This document shows positions 52,862 to 64,000 of a stretch of 64,000 nt of DNA, one piece after another. A program made the position numbers and the translations under genes. The notes below the pieces were generated by a model. It was not told where the DNA came from. It worked only from the letters and a program-made list of their open reading frames with translations, and did no database searches. Positions within the stretch are counted from its first letter, which is position 1; each line of letters begins with the position of its first letter. The stretch is from Zygnema circumcarinatum SAG 698-1b. Taxonomy: Eukaryota; Plantae; Zygnematophyceae. Location: contig CM074810.1 of NCBI GenBank assembly GCA_037447605.1, positions 1,584,880-1,648,879 of the forward strand, read 5' to 3'.

Positions 52862-55230
52862 GGTCAACAACTGCTGATGGCAATGACTCGCTCCGCGAGC
52901 CGAAATTGGAACAAATACACCACAAACAACAAAAACTAATACAGGAATTGCCAGAAATGTCACAGAAAAGTGAGCGGTTGCAAAAGACTACAGCCTGCTT
53001 GCGCCTGCAGAATCATCCAAGACGCAGAACAGCACATATTGCTCCCTTGCTTTCCTCCCTGAAGCAGAACCTCTGCTGGAGCATGACAGCATGCATGTCA
53101 AATGACGTGCAGGATAGCACGTGCAGCACATGCGTCATGCCGGGGATAGAGAGAGCGAGCGAGCTAGCACGGGCGCGCGCGCGAGAGAGAGAGAGAGAGA
53201 AGGGAAGTAGGCGGAGAGAGCGAGAGAGTGCAGGGAAACAGGCGAGGTAGCTTTCTCCTACTGCGCAGGAATTTGGAGAGCCATGGCCTGGAGCTCGGGC
53301 GCTGGAGCTTAATGGGCAAGTGGCATCCAATGTGGACATGCCACGTGGCAGAATGGCGAGTCCCCATTGGCGGACGATCGGCACCAGGAGACGCTCGGGA
53401 ACAGCCATGGATGGGCCCATGCCGTGCCATGCCATCCATGGCCATGGCCATGGCCCCAGCCTGGCCCTGCACATACCAGGGCGCTGCTCAAGGAAGGGCA
53501 GCGAAAACGTTTTTCGGGCAGAATATCTGCATGTACAGCAACCATGGCCTATGCACATACAGGACGTCGCACGAGCACGGGCAGAGAAAACTGTTTTTTT
53601 GGGCAGAACCGCAGGTGTGCGGGCAGTGAAAACTATTTTTCGGGCAGCAAAGCTGCAGGTCCCGGGCAGGTAAAAAAATGCGGCGGTAGGGCAATGGGCG
53701 CCGCGTCAGCTGTGAGATTCTTCCCCGTGGAATTTGAGATTCTTGCAGATTCCTGGTCCGGAAAGGGGCATAAAATCGGAGATAAAATGGCAACTGGAGG
53801 AGATTTTTTTTTTTTTTTTTCAAGAAATTGAATGGCGGAATAGTTAGTTTATTTTGGGAAAATTGGTACCACCGTACCAATGTTTTGTGTGCAAGCGGGA
53901 GTACGATGGGCCTAGAAATGTTGGCAAGTCTCAAGGACAATGAGTTGGGCAGAATCATTTTGGTAATAAGATCAAACATGATGCCACAAGGAATTGAACA
54001 ATCCCAAGGTCAGTCCTCCGAAAAATAAAAAGATAAGGTAGAAAACTCAGAAAAGGTAGCTTCAAACCCAATCCACAGGATTATTCCCACTCAGGTCCCG
54101 CCAGGAAAAACAAAAATTCCAGTCCATCGCAGAATGCCGTATACAAAAGCCGGAAAAAAAAATATTCCAAGGCAGCATTCCGCCAATCCGCGCCCAGCGT
54201 CGCCATCCAATTTTTTACGTTTGCGATTTATTGTCATTTTTTTTTTTGTCGGCGCTTTGTCGCATAGACTTTGTTCATTTCCTCCCGCGTGGCGCTTGCG
54301 CATCCCATTCGTTCGCGTCACGTCGCGTCACGTCAATACCACCGCCTTTGTTCCGACCCTTGGCTCCCACATCAGGGGAGGCCGGATATTGTCGGCGCTA
54401 AAAAGTAACCAATACATTTTATACAACCGAAGTATGGGTTTTTCTACTACTGGTTCTGATCTGGATCGTTGGAAGCACCTAATGTCCACTGTCGCCAGGT
54501 CTGTCAAACGGCAGTCGCACAGTGATCGCCCCATAGTGCGACCCGTATCCCACATCGCATGCCACGTGGCAGCCGGCGGGCCTCACCGGAGGGGCCCTAT
54601 CCTCATCGTGCGAGCGTGCGTGGCAAAACTGCGTGACGCGTCAAGAGGATCCATGCTGGAAATCTTGAAAATAGCGTTGACGAAGTTGAACGTAGTCGTT
54701 CACCATAGAGAGGTCACAAGCAGTTCTAAGAGATCACATGTAGTGTCGTCCGTCATGTTTACATACTCTAAGGATGATGTTGAGTGATGTTACGAATGTC
54801 ACATCACTTCCCTCCCCCGGAAATTCAAATCGACCTCCATCGGCTCTTTTCTCTCCGGGACTCTCCCAGTCCCTCCCACTCTCTCACTCTCTATTTCTCT
54901 CCCTCTCTCTCCCTCTCTCTCGCTCGCTCGCTCGCTGCCTCCTTCCATCCCTCTCTCTCGCTCGCTCTCCCTCCCTCCCTCTCTCTCGCTCGCTCTCTCT
55001 CTCCCTCTCTCTCTCTCCCTCCCTATATCTCTCCCTCTCTCTCACTCTTTTCCACTTCTTCGCTCCCACTCTGTCCCGCCTCTCCGAACTCCTTGCCCTC
55101 ACTACCCCTCTTTTTCTCTCATTGCTATCTCCTTCTGCCCACTTTCTCATTCTTCCTTCTTCCTCCTTTTTCACCTTCCCACTCTCTCCTCTTCCTCCCT
55201 CTCCCTGCTTCCCACCCCCTCCCTCCCAAC

Positions 55231-56775
55231 ATGGCCCTCTCCCTCCGCCAAGATCCGTCCCTTCTTTCTCCTTACCGTCCCGAAAACCTCTCCCTCGTCT
55301 CCTTACCTCACTCCTCTCCCTCCCACACCTCTCCTTCCCGCAAACCCCTCTCTCTCCCTTTCCTCACTATCTGCGCCCGCCGGACCCCCAAACCCCCTCC
55401 TTCCTCCCCTGCCAAAAATATCAATAAGGAACTTTCCGGGAGGACGGGAAGCTCCCGTGAACCTCCTTCCGCTCCCTCTCCTCCTCCGAGTCGGAAAACG
55501 GCGACAAGCGCTCCGGCTCAAGTCAATGCAAGTCAAGTCAAGTCTGTTCAAGTCAACGAAGAGCAGGAGCTAAAGGGAGCAACTGTCACACAGGAGCTTC
55601 CGGTACGAGCCGGTGTTTAACTTTCCTGAATTGTTCTCTCGCTCTCTTTGTCTCTCCCTCCCTCTCTCTCTCTTTCACTCTCTCCCTTTCCCGCTCCACA
55701 TCCTCCCCCCACCTCTCCCTCCCTCTCTCTCCTTCTTCCTCTCGCCTTCCCTCTTCCTCTTCTCCTCTCTTCCCATCGCCTTCCCGCTTGTCCTCTCCCT
55801 CAGCCTCCCCCTCCTCCTCCTCCCCCTTTCCTCTCCCTATCCCTCTTCCTCTCCCTCTCCCTAACCCCTCTCTACCATTGGAGCGTAACATCACACAGTC
55901 CCCTCCACTGCAACTTTTTGTTGTTTTCCTGACTTATTTTCTGTAATCCTTCTAACTTGTACCCTTTTTCACAACTTCCCCTCTTTTGATTCATACTTTC
56001 ATACAGACGGGCGGATGGAATTTGAAGTCTCCCGTGACCATGGGTGCCGGAGTCGCCGCCGCTCTCCTTGTGGCCGGCGTTACGTTTCGGCTTATTAAAT
56101 CCCGAACGGAGACTCGGCCCGTGGACACTCTCACTCGGCGAGGACTGCTGTACACCGATAGGCAGGAAGAGTAAGAGATTTTTACTCTGAAATAAAAAAA
56201 GAAAAACCAAGAAGAAAACAGAAGGCTTGAGACTTGAAAATGTGATGATGTTTCAGCAATGCATTTTGTGTCTAGATGTAGGAAGGTGATCCTGCATCGA
56301 TTTCGTTTGAGCTGAGAATGATGATGATGATGATGTTGATGGTGTTTTAGAGGTTCTTGGCTTTTCAGAAATACTTGGAGCTTGANNNNNNNNNNNNNNN
56401 NNNNNNNNNNNNNNNNNNNNNNNNNNNNNNNNNNNNNNNNNNNNNNNNNNNNNNNNNNNNNNNNNNNNNNNNNNNNNNNNNNNNNTGTCGATGTTTGTTT
56501 ACGAGTTAATTAAACTCTTCGCTTAATTGCATATTTATTCATTTATTAATCGCCTTCCTATATTCATCTGTTGCTTCGTCCAATTCTTTGTCTGCTAGTA
56601 CTGCTCTGGTTATCTATCCATGCGTCCATTTCTACATTTCTTTTGTCCTAAATTCTTTCTTTTCAATTCGTTTGTTTTCCCTGTGCAGGTCTCTGATGAA
56701 GCTTCCAAAGCCCAGCAGCAGCAGCAGCAGCAGGAGGAGAGCTCGGACGGGAACAAGAATCCAAGCGAGGAATAA
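55231..56775 (+). CDS. Hypothetical plastid-targeted single-TM protein; exons 55231-55602, 56007-56170, and a last exon from 56689 (possible exon lost in gap 56386-56485)
   Basis: Ser/Pro-rich transit-like N-terminus; phase-0 splice into TGGWNLKSPVTMGAGVAAALLVAGVTFRLIKSR (TM plus basic flank); canonical GT-AG sites. The frame of the 3' exon is unresolved. Confidence 0.6.
56386..56485. other. 100-N scaffold gap (10-N joins at 1101, 1955, 4502, 5617, 18119, 23259, 31464, 33382, 41992, 44511)
   Basis: N runs, directly visible. Confidence 1.
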
Positions 56776-57766
56776 AGTGATTTTAATCTCATATTTAAAT
56801 CACTTTATGTCGATTCATTGTGTATAGCTGCTGCATGATGCTAGAGAGGAGGGTCTCTTGTCCAAGGTTTGAGGTTTGGTTTGACCTTGAACCCCACAAA
56901 AGGAGGCCCTCTATCCATGGCGCTTGAAAGGGTGGAGCGCTTTCTAAGGTTTAGGGTTTAGGGCAAACGCGGTTCCATGATTTTTAGGGTTTGTAGAAGT
57001 GTAGAAATTGACTCTATTTCTATGCCACTCGAATGACTCGAAGCGACTTCGCCCTCTTTCAAAATAATAATTTTTAGTTTCACTTCTCTTCTCTGAACTT
57101 GTTTAGCATCAACGGTGGCGATATTGTTTTCCATGCAGTTAAAGTTAGAGCTACAGTAACGGTGTTGAGAACGACGGCAAGGAACTGGCATAGATCTTAC
57201 CATAGAAACGCTGGATTCAAAAAAATTGTCGCCAACCATTGCCAATGGTTGCCAGCCAAATTGGCCGACTGGCGGACAACCATTGGTAGCCCATGGATGG
57301 GCCAATGGATGGCGATGCAATGCCCGCCCGGCTCCCACGGAACGGGGCCCAGCGCCTGCCGCCTTGTCCGTACAATCTTGGCTTCTTCTGCCTCGCTCAC
57401 TACAAGTGCCACGTGGAATAATCGACGGTCTTTGGATCCTGACACTACAACAACAGTATGAACCAATGACAGAATGCCACGTCAAGAAAACTTTGGCAGT
57501 TTCCTGTGGAGGGTTTGTTGGATTAGGGTCGAAAGGTCACGACAAATCGACCGATATTTACAGGTGTGACGAGTGGACGTGATTGGCTCTTGATCACGTG
57601 CTCTGTTCCTGACTGTGGACTTTTGGTACGGTCCTACATGTCGTTTATGTTGTCACGTGGCAGTCAAACAGTCGTCCATAGACCTCCTACCGAATCCCTG
57701 ACCGTCAGATCAAATTCTAGGAGGTAAGAAGAGGACCAGAAACGTTATTTGTCTTTTCAAAAGACA

Positions 57767-58136
57767 GATATTTTCACACCTTTTTTGTCTAGATATACAC
57801 CATTTTTCGTTCGGCAGATTTTAATTTAGAAAAAAAAAAAAAAAGGGGTTAAAAACCCGTTTTATTTTGAGTGCATCTGCCAAAGAGCAATTTTTGTTGT
57901 TTATGGTTTATTCGAGTTTTTACCTTTCTTCAATTTACCATCAATTGCCATGGTGAAATTAGGCGAAGAAATATGCTGTAGGAGCAAAACCCTTGCTCGA
58001 ACTGCTTGCAGAGGGATGGGACAGAGGCACTCAAAAATAAAATGGGTTTTTTGGGTTTTTAACCCTTTTCTTTCGGAAATAAAATCTGCCCGACGGAAAA
58101 AGGTGTTTATCTAGACAAAAAAGGTGCGAAAATATC
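57767..58136. mobile_element. Diverged MITE related to the 5002-6241 TIR
   Basis: Imperfect inverted arms ~57767-57884 and ~58030-58136 (GATATTTTCACACCTTTTTTGTCTAGATATACACC...GGCAGATTTT) resemble GATATTTCCACCCCTTTTTTGGATCCAAACACCCC...GGCAGATTT. Confidence 0.6.
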
Positions 58137-59658
58137 AGTTTCCTAAAATTGAAATTGAAATTCCGTCTTTTTATATGGTGCTCACATCCTCCCCTGCCAG
58201 ATGCTTCCTCTTGCACCGCCCCCTCTCTCCCACTCCCTCTACCTCTCCCTGCTCCTTGCTTTCCTCTACCATCCTCCTGTCCCTCTCTCGGTCGTCTCTC
58301 TCATCTTCTCTCCACTATAATTCTCTCCACATTCTTCTCAATACCCTGTCTGTTAGACTCCCCCCTCCTGCACCCTATCCTCCCCTCCACTCCTCTCCTC
58401 TCCTCCTATGCTGAAGTTCTCTGCTGTCTACCTTCGTCTTCCCCACCTGCATCCTTCACCTCCTTCACTACTGCCGTCCACTTCTGCGCCTACTCGCGCT
58501 CTCTCTCCCTGTCTCTCTCTCACACCCTCCCTCTCTCTCCCGCCCCATCCCGGTGACTTTGATAGCCATTGACACTTACGTCTGCCCTTATGCCGTCTGC
58601 CGTCTGTCTTTATGTCTGCCCTAACCCCGTGGTCCCTTTCCAAACCAGCCTCGAGCCTCTCCCTTCACCCACGGTTTCCTCTCCTCCTGTAGCCTCTCTC
58701 CCATTCCTCCTCCCATGACCACCCTACCTGCCTTCCCTTGTCGCTCACCCTAGTCTACACGCTCTCTCAACCACTCCTTTCTATTCTTACCTCTCCCACC
58801 CCAATCTCCTCTCTTTCCCATCCCGGCCTGTTCACACAATAACTCAATTTAAGCACTTCATATCCTGAAACTGGCACAACCAAACCCCTGCAATCTCTCT
58901 CTCACCCCCTCGCCCTCTCCCCTCCTCTGTTCTCCTCCCCTCCCTCCCCCCTCTCTCCCTACCCTCCCTCTCCCCCTCTCCCTCACTCCATCCTAACATT
59001 CCCCTTCTCTCCCCCTCTCCTCTCTCTTCTCTCGCTCTCGTCCTCGCACTCCCTCCCCCAAAATTCAAACTCATTTCACCTGCAACTTCCCCTTGTTGCC
59101 TTTGATTGGTCAGTACCCAAAGAGCATTGGCCCCACAGAATAACTAAAACCATAGAAACTACAAATTTCGGTCCCGAGTCATAGGATCCAAAGACCTTAC
59201 AAGGCGCTTCAAATGTTCGGCATTTGCCATACACATTGACATAAACTTGCAGTCGAAGTGTATGATTTCCGTGAAAGATATTCATAATACACAGGTTCAC
59301 ACCTTGGAGGAATGTTCGGGTAAAAGCTACATTTAATCTTCAGGCCTTCTTTATATGGCCTGGAAGATAGACACGAGCTGAGTGCCTCGAATTTATTCGG
59401 AATAATACTGTCTCAACTGCAGTAGCGCATGTGCCTGAAACTGCTATGACTCAATCAATAATCCCGCCAGATGCATTCTGGCATTCTAACTATTATTCAT
59501 CCTATTATATTTCTCTGTTGTCTCTAGAAATATCGATCATGTCATAGCTTCCAACTTCATAAAATAGTCCAGCTCGCCGTCAGTAACCCATCCCCCAGGG
59601 ACCGTTCACTGTGAAGCACTCCCTGGGAGCACAGCAACAAGCATCGAGTATTCCACTT

Positions 59659-61728
59659 CTAACTCCTTTTCTTCATCGCACGCTCAATAACGAAAAAACC
59701 AACAAGTGCAACGTATGATGCGACGGAGAAGCAGACGATGGCAATAGTGATGGGGGTCGACCGTCCAGTGTACCCTTCCAGCTTGAACAGGGTGGTATTC
59801 CGGAAGGCGTTTGTGCTCTGCATTTAAACAGCACACAAGGTAAGGATAAAACCGACAGAGCAAAAGCGTACACTTCTAGAACTTATTCAAGGGTAGGTGA
59901 AAGAATTAATTATTCTTTACTTATACATCTAACTTTAAAACTGCGGCTATGCAGCCGGAAACCCAAGAACTTACCGAGCCCAAAGCAACTGCTGCGTGTC
60001 CAGGGAGAGCCGTAGGGTCGGTGGTGTTCAGAACGAAAGCGCGTACGAAGTACAAGGCAGATGGAACCGTGTCTGGGGGCTTGTAAGTCACGTTGTTTCC
60101 AGCAGCGGTGTAGGGTTGGCCTGCAAGACACGTGATCACAGATGTCAGAAAAGTATGTCAAGGATAAAAGGAAAGGAGAGAAAGAGAGCAGAAAGACTAA
60201 GAGGGAAAGAGTGGGAGGAGGAGATCACAAGAGCTAATATCCGAAAAGTACTAGGCAGGCGAAGAGAGCGGAAGAGAGAAGGGAGAAAGAGAGAAGAAAA
60301 GAGAAAGGAGAGAGAGAAAAACAAAGGGGGAGGAGTCACAAGAGGAGTTACAAAGTACTTAGGAGGAAAGGGAAGAAGAAAAGAGGGAGAGAGAGAGGGG
60401 GGAAAGAAGTGGAGAGGGATTACAAGAGATTATATCAAGGAAGTACTTGAAGCGAAAGGTAGAATAAGGAGTAGGGAAAGGAGGAGAGGGACCACAAGAG
60501 GTAATATCAGGGAAGTGCTGGAATGAGACATAGAAAAGAAGAAGGAAGGAGAGAGAGCGGGGAGAAGTGGAAAAGAGCGACAGACGGGGGAGGAGTAAAA
60601 AAAAATTGGAATTGCATGGAATCAGACAAACGACCACCCCGAGGATATTCGGAATAACCATCATATGGTTATATGTACAACGATGCCAACTGTTTGTTTC
60701 TTCAAATAAGAAAAAAAGGTGTAAGTGCGGCGTATGTCTTCAGATACTCACGTTTAATGGCGTATTTGCAGGTCTTGGACAGGAGAAGGTCGTTGTTGTT
60801 CTTCCTCCACGGCCTATCCACAGCGCTGACAGCACCAAAGCAGAGCTTGAGGAAAACCTGCAAAAGGGCAAATTCACGGCCTTTTAGTATTCTGTCACAA
60901 CCTGTAGGGCGTGTCAATCTTTGCATTTCCCGAAAAAGAGAATTCAAAACCAGTGCATGCGTCCTAGAGAAATGAGTAGTAAACGCGAAATCAGAAAGTA
61001 CTGTTTTCGAAATAAATCCCGACGCAATGTCAAATGTTGACACGCTCTAGTAGTAACAGGCAAGCCAAAAGTGGCTGCAAGACACCTTTAGTCACCAAGC
61101 CTTTCAAGCCCAGCGGACAGATAAAAAAAACTTACAGTTTTATAGCTGGAATCATCAATCACTCCAACGAGAGACTCGTTAAGCTTCCAGGTGACCGTCA
61201 AGACGTCTGTGTCCCACACGAAAACACTGCAACAAAAAAAACGAAACTCGAGCCTGTCAATGGAACGAAAGTGGATATCCTGCTTAGTCTTCATAATTGA
61301 CCAACAAGGATGCGCATGCGTCAACAAGGTATTTTGCGATCTGCCTTGGGAGGGAGAGAGAGAGTGTGACAAGCTATAAAGTGGGATTTAAATTTGAACC
61401 ACTTACTGCAGCTGAGGTTGATCACATAAGGCTACCATTGGGAAACGTTCTATCATTTTTTCTCTCGATTGACAAGTTTGTACTGGACCTAGCGACTGAC
61501 ATAAGGAGCAAGACTGAAACTTTCTGCTGGCGAAAAAACCTTGAACAGAAGTGGTAATCACCTTGAGCTGTCGGCATTGACAGGTACACCATTAATTGAA
61601 ACCTTGACAATGATTTGTTTCGGCAACAAGGTCGAATTCACCCCTCCTCCCAGCACCTGCACTGGCGCATAGCCAGCAAAAAGCGCGGCAACCAGAACCA
61701 GCAATACCGCAGCCTGCAGTCTCGCCAT
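59659..61728 (-). CDS. NAR2: High-affinity nitrate transporter accessory protein NAR2/NRT3; exons 61728-61562, 61226-61136, 60857-60752, 60120-59975, 59817-59659 (~222 aa)
   Basis: Signal peptide; LTVTWKLN; VFLKLCFGAVSAVDRPWRKNNNDLLLSKTCKYAI; PSALYFVRAF; GYTGRS...IAIVCFSVASYVALVGFFVIER (C-terminal TM). Splice phases are consistent. Confidence 0.92.
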
Positions 61729-62774
61729 GTCGCCTGCACTGTTCTTCCTCTCTCTCTCTCTCTTACTACAGCTAGCCCCTCTCGCCTTCACGGAAAGCTC
61801 GTGATTTCCCAAACTCTTTACAGAGCCGGCAGCCCTGCTAAGACCAGGCCTGGTTTTGCAGCCTCACTGCCCCGCTGCTCCTTCAGCCAAGAAACTCTGA
61901 ATGCAGTAGAGTGAATATGAGCACCAAACTATGCAGTAGGTTCCAATACGAGGACCAAACAAACAATGAAGGTAGGTTTCAACAGTTGCAAGCGATATCT
62001 TCCAATAGGGAACAGCTGGTACTCAACACCGCCACCGACTTCAGCACACCTCGTCACACAGCACTTGCCAGACCTTTAGAAGTGCCTACTTATAGCTCTC
62101 TCTGCCGAGATATCTATATAGCGAGGCGGCCGGACAGAGGGCTCTCTGGCTCCCTGCTGCTCCAAGACCTGGATGGGGCGGGCGGCTCCATGGCTTCCGG
62201 ACAGCCATGGATTGGCCCAAACAGACGCCTCAAGGGGCTCCCAGGAGCCGCGGCGCGGCCTGGCCCCGTGCGCGCAAACAGGCCAATCAGAAGTGGCCCG
62301 CACACGTGTAATCCCAATCAGCCAGTTTCTGCCCAATCCGATTCGTCCGCGGCACGCGCGAGGACCTTGACAGGGTATCGGCGTTGCAGATCTGCAGGGG
62401 GCGGGCGAGTGCGAAGGGCCGCGGCGCGCAGGGAGAAAAGGGGAGGGGTGCACGCCACGTGCACCAATCAGGGCGCGGAACGACACGCGCCGGACCAATC
62501 AGAGCTCGTTTGTCGCACGTGCGAATGGCCCTGGAGCCTCGACTTAATGGAAAATCTAGGGGGGATCTGGAGAGTACGGCGCTCTGCACTTTTTGTTTTT
62601 TAAAAGTACAAACCTGACAGGGAAGTGAGAGAAGCAGTTTGTAGTTTTCTGAAGACGACGTCATTAAATGGCGGTGTATGGCGTCGTATGTACGTCATTT
62701 CCATCCTTCCGTACATTGAAGTATCTAAGGGTTACCGTCCAGCTCGATTCTACCATAACCGTGTTGAACTGAAA

Positions 62775-63328
62775 TTATCCCGCCCCTGTTTTTTAGAAAT
62801 CCCACTCTCCCATTTTGGCTATTCCGCCCCCCCCCCTCCCATTTTGGCTATCCCCCCATTTTGGATATTTCGGGAGGCGATTCTGCTCATTCTCTCTCTC
62901 GCTCCTTTGCTCTCTCCTGTGCTCTCTCCTCTAGTCTCTCTCTCCTCTGCTCTCTCTCTCTCCTCTGCTCTCACTCTGCTCTCTCTCTCTCTCTCTCTCT
63001 CCTCTATACTCTCTCTCCTCGGCTCTCACTCTGCTCTCTCTCTCTCCTCTGCACTCTCTCTCTCTCCTCTGCTCTCTCCTCTAGTCTCTCTCTCCTCTGT
63101 TCTCTCTCTCTCTCCTCTGTTTTCTCTCTCCTTCCCCTCTCTCTCTCTTCCCCTCTCTTCTCTGCTCTGCACTCTCTTTGCGAGTGTCTTTACGGACGTT
63201 GCGCTGATGTGTAAGAAGGACAAAACAAGGGGGGAATGTCCAAAGTAGGGGGCGGAATGTCGCAAAGAGGGAGGGGGCGGAATAGCCAAAATGGGAGAGT
63301 GGGATTTCAAAAAACAGGGGCGGGATAA
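62775..63328. mobile_element. MITE-like element with ~55-bp TIRs and CT-rich interior
   Basis: TTATCCCGCCCCTGTTTTTTAGAAATCCCACTCTCCCATTTTGGCTATTCCGCCCCC is nearly the exact reverse complement of 63273-63328. No TSD was identified. Confidence 0.7.
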
Positions 63329-64000
63329 CCAAGGGGGGGGGTATATAGTTCTCCAAACTTAATTGTATTTGGCGTCATGTCACCTTGGACAGTTTGCATG
63401 CCATGGTGCCATGACCACACACATACATGAAATGAGACATGAGCCCACGCCCATGACTCCATGACTCCATGAGCTGATGTGATGGCATGGAGCCCCTGCG
63501 CGCGCATGTGCCGACCTACCCATGCATGATGCATGATGATGCATGATGCATGATGCATGATGATGCTTTACACTTTGCAGTATAGTAGTCATCCATCTCC
63601 CCCAACGAGCACATGTGTTCATGATGGCATGCATGATGCCGTGCCCCCTAATAGGCCATAGGCCATAGGCCATAGGTGCTTGTGACATGACATCCAAGCC
63701 AAACGAAACATTCAATCACGACCGCACGTTTTTTTTCCTTTTTTTTCCGTTATCATTTTCGAAATTCAAGTTAAACCTGCGACTGCCCTAGCCAGCATTG
63801 TACGTTTTCCACATTAACAAAAATCAAATGGCTTTACGAAAAAAACGGATGGACCAATAATAGCACGTTAGCACGTCATGCTTTCAAACCAGTGATGTCT
63901 GCTACAATTAAAGGGATTCATGCCAGATCCTTTTAAGAATCAGTACTGTACTACTGCAAGAAAGCATCCTTGAGGATGCAAACACAGGTACCATTATCCT

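Noticed and set aside
53013-54787. Overlapping ORFs in the CCATGG-rich region
   Set aside because: Palindromic low-complexity sequence in the yippee/plastid-gene divergent promoter, with no domain.

Overview
Eukaryotic, intron-rich nuclear DNA from a streptophyte alga or early-diverging green plant (inferred from plant-type genes, GT-AG introns and very dense CT/GA low-complexity tracts). It is a draft scaffold with ten 10-N joins and one 100-N gap. The first ~6.2 kb is transposon debris: a Copia fragment lacking RT, a frameshifted Ty3/Gypsy gag-pol, and a long-TIR DNA element with an 8-bp TSD. The rest holds about eleven spliced genes, whose exons I rebuilt by hand from splice-site phase: NTF2, a YCII-domain protein, a bacterial-type YicC/YloC endoribonuclease, a SINA E3 ligase, a plastid aldose/G6P 1-epimerase-family protein, a serine carboxypeptidase-like protein, a small mitochondrial membrane protein, KARI (ilvC, partly duplicated across a gap), yippee-like, a hypothetical plastid protein and NAR2/NRT3. 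Several MITEs lie between the genes. The top finding is an intron-containing, alphaproteobacterial-looking YicC gene that is splice-compatible in frame with the upstream transit-peptide/YCII gene. This suggests an organelle-targeted YCII-YicC fusion RNase. All family calls come from motif recognition; no database search was run.
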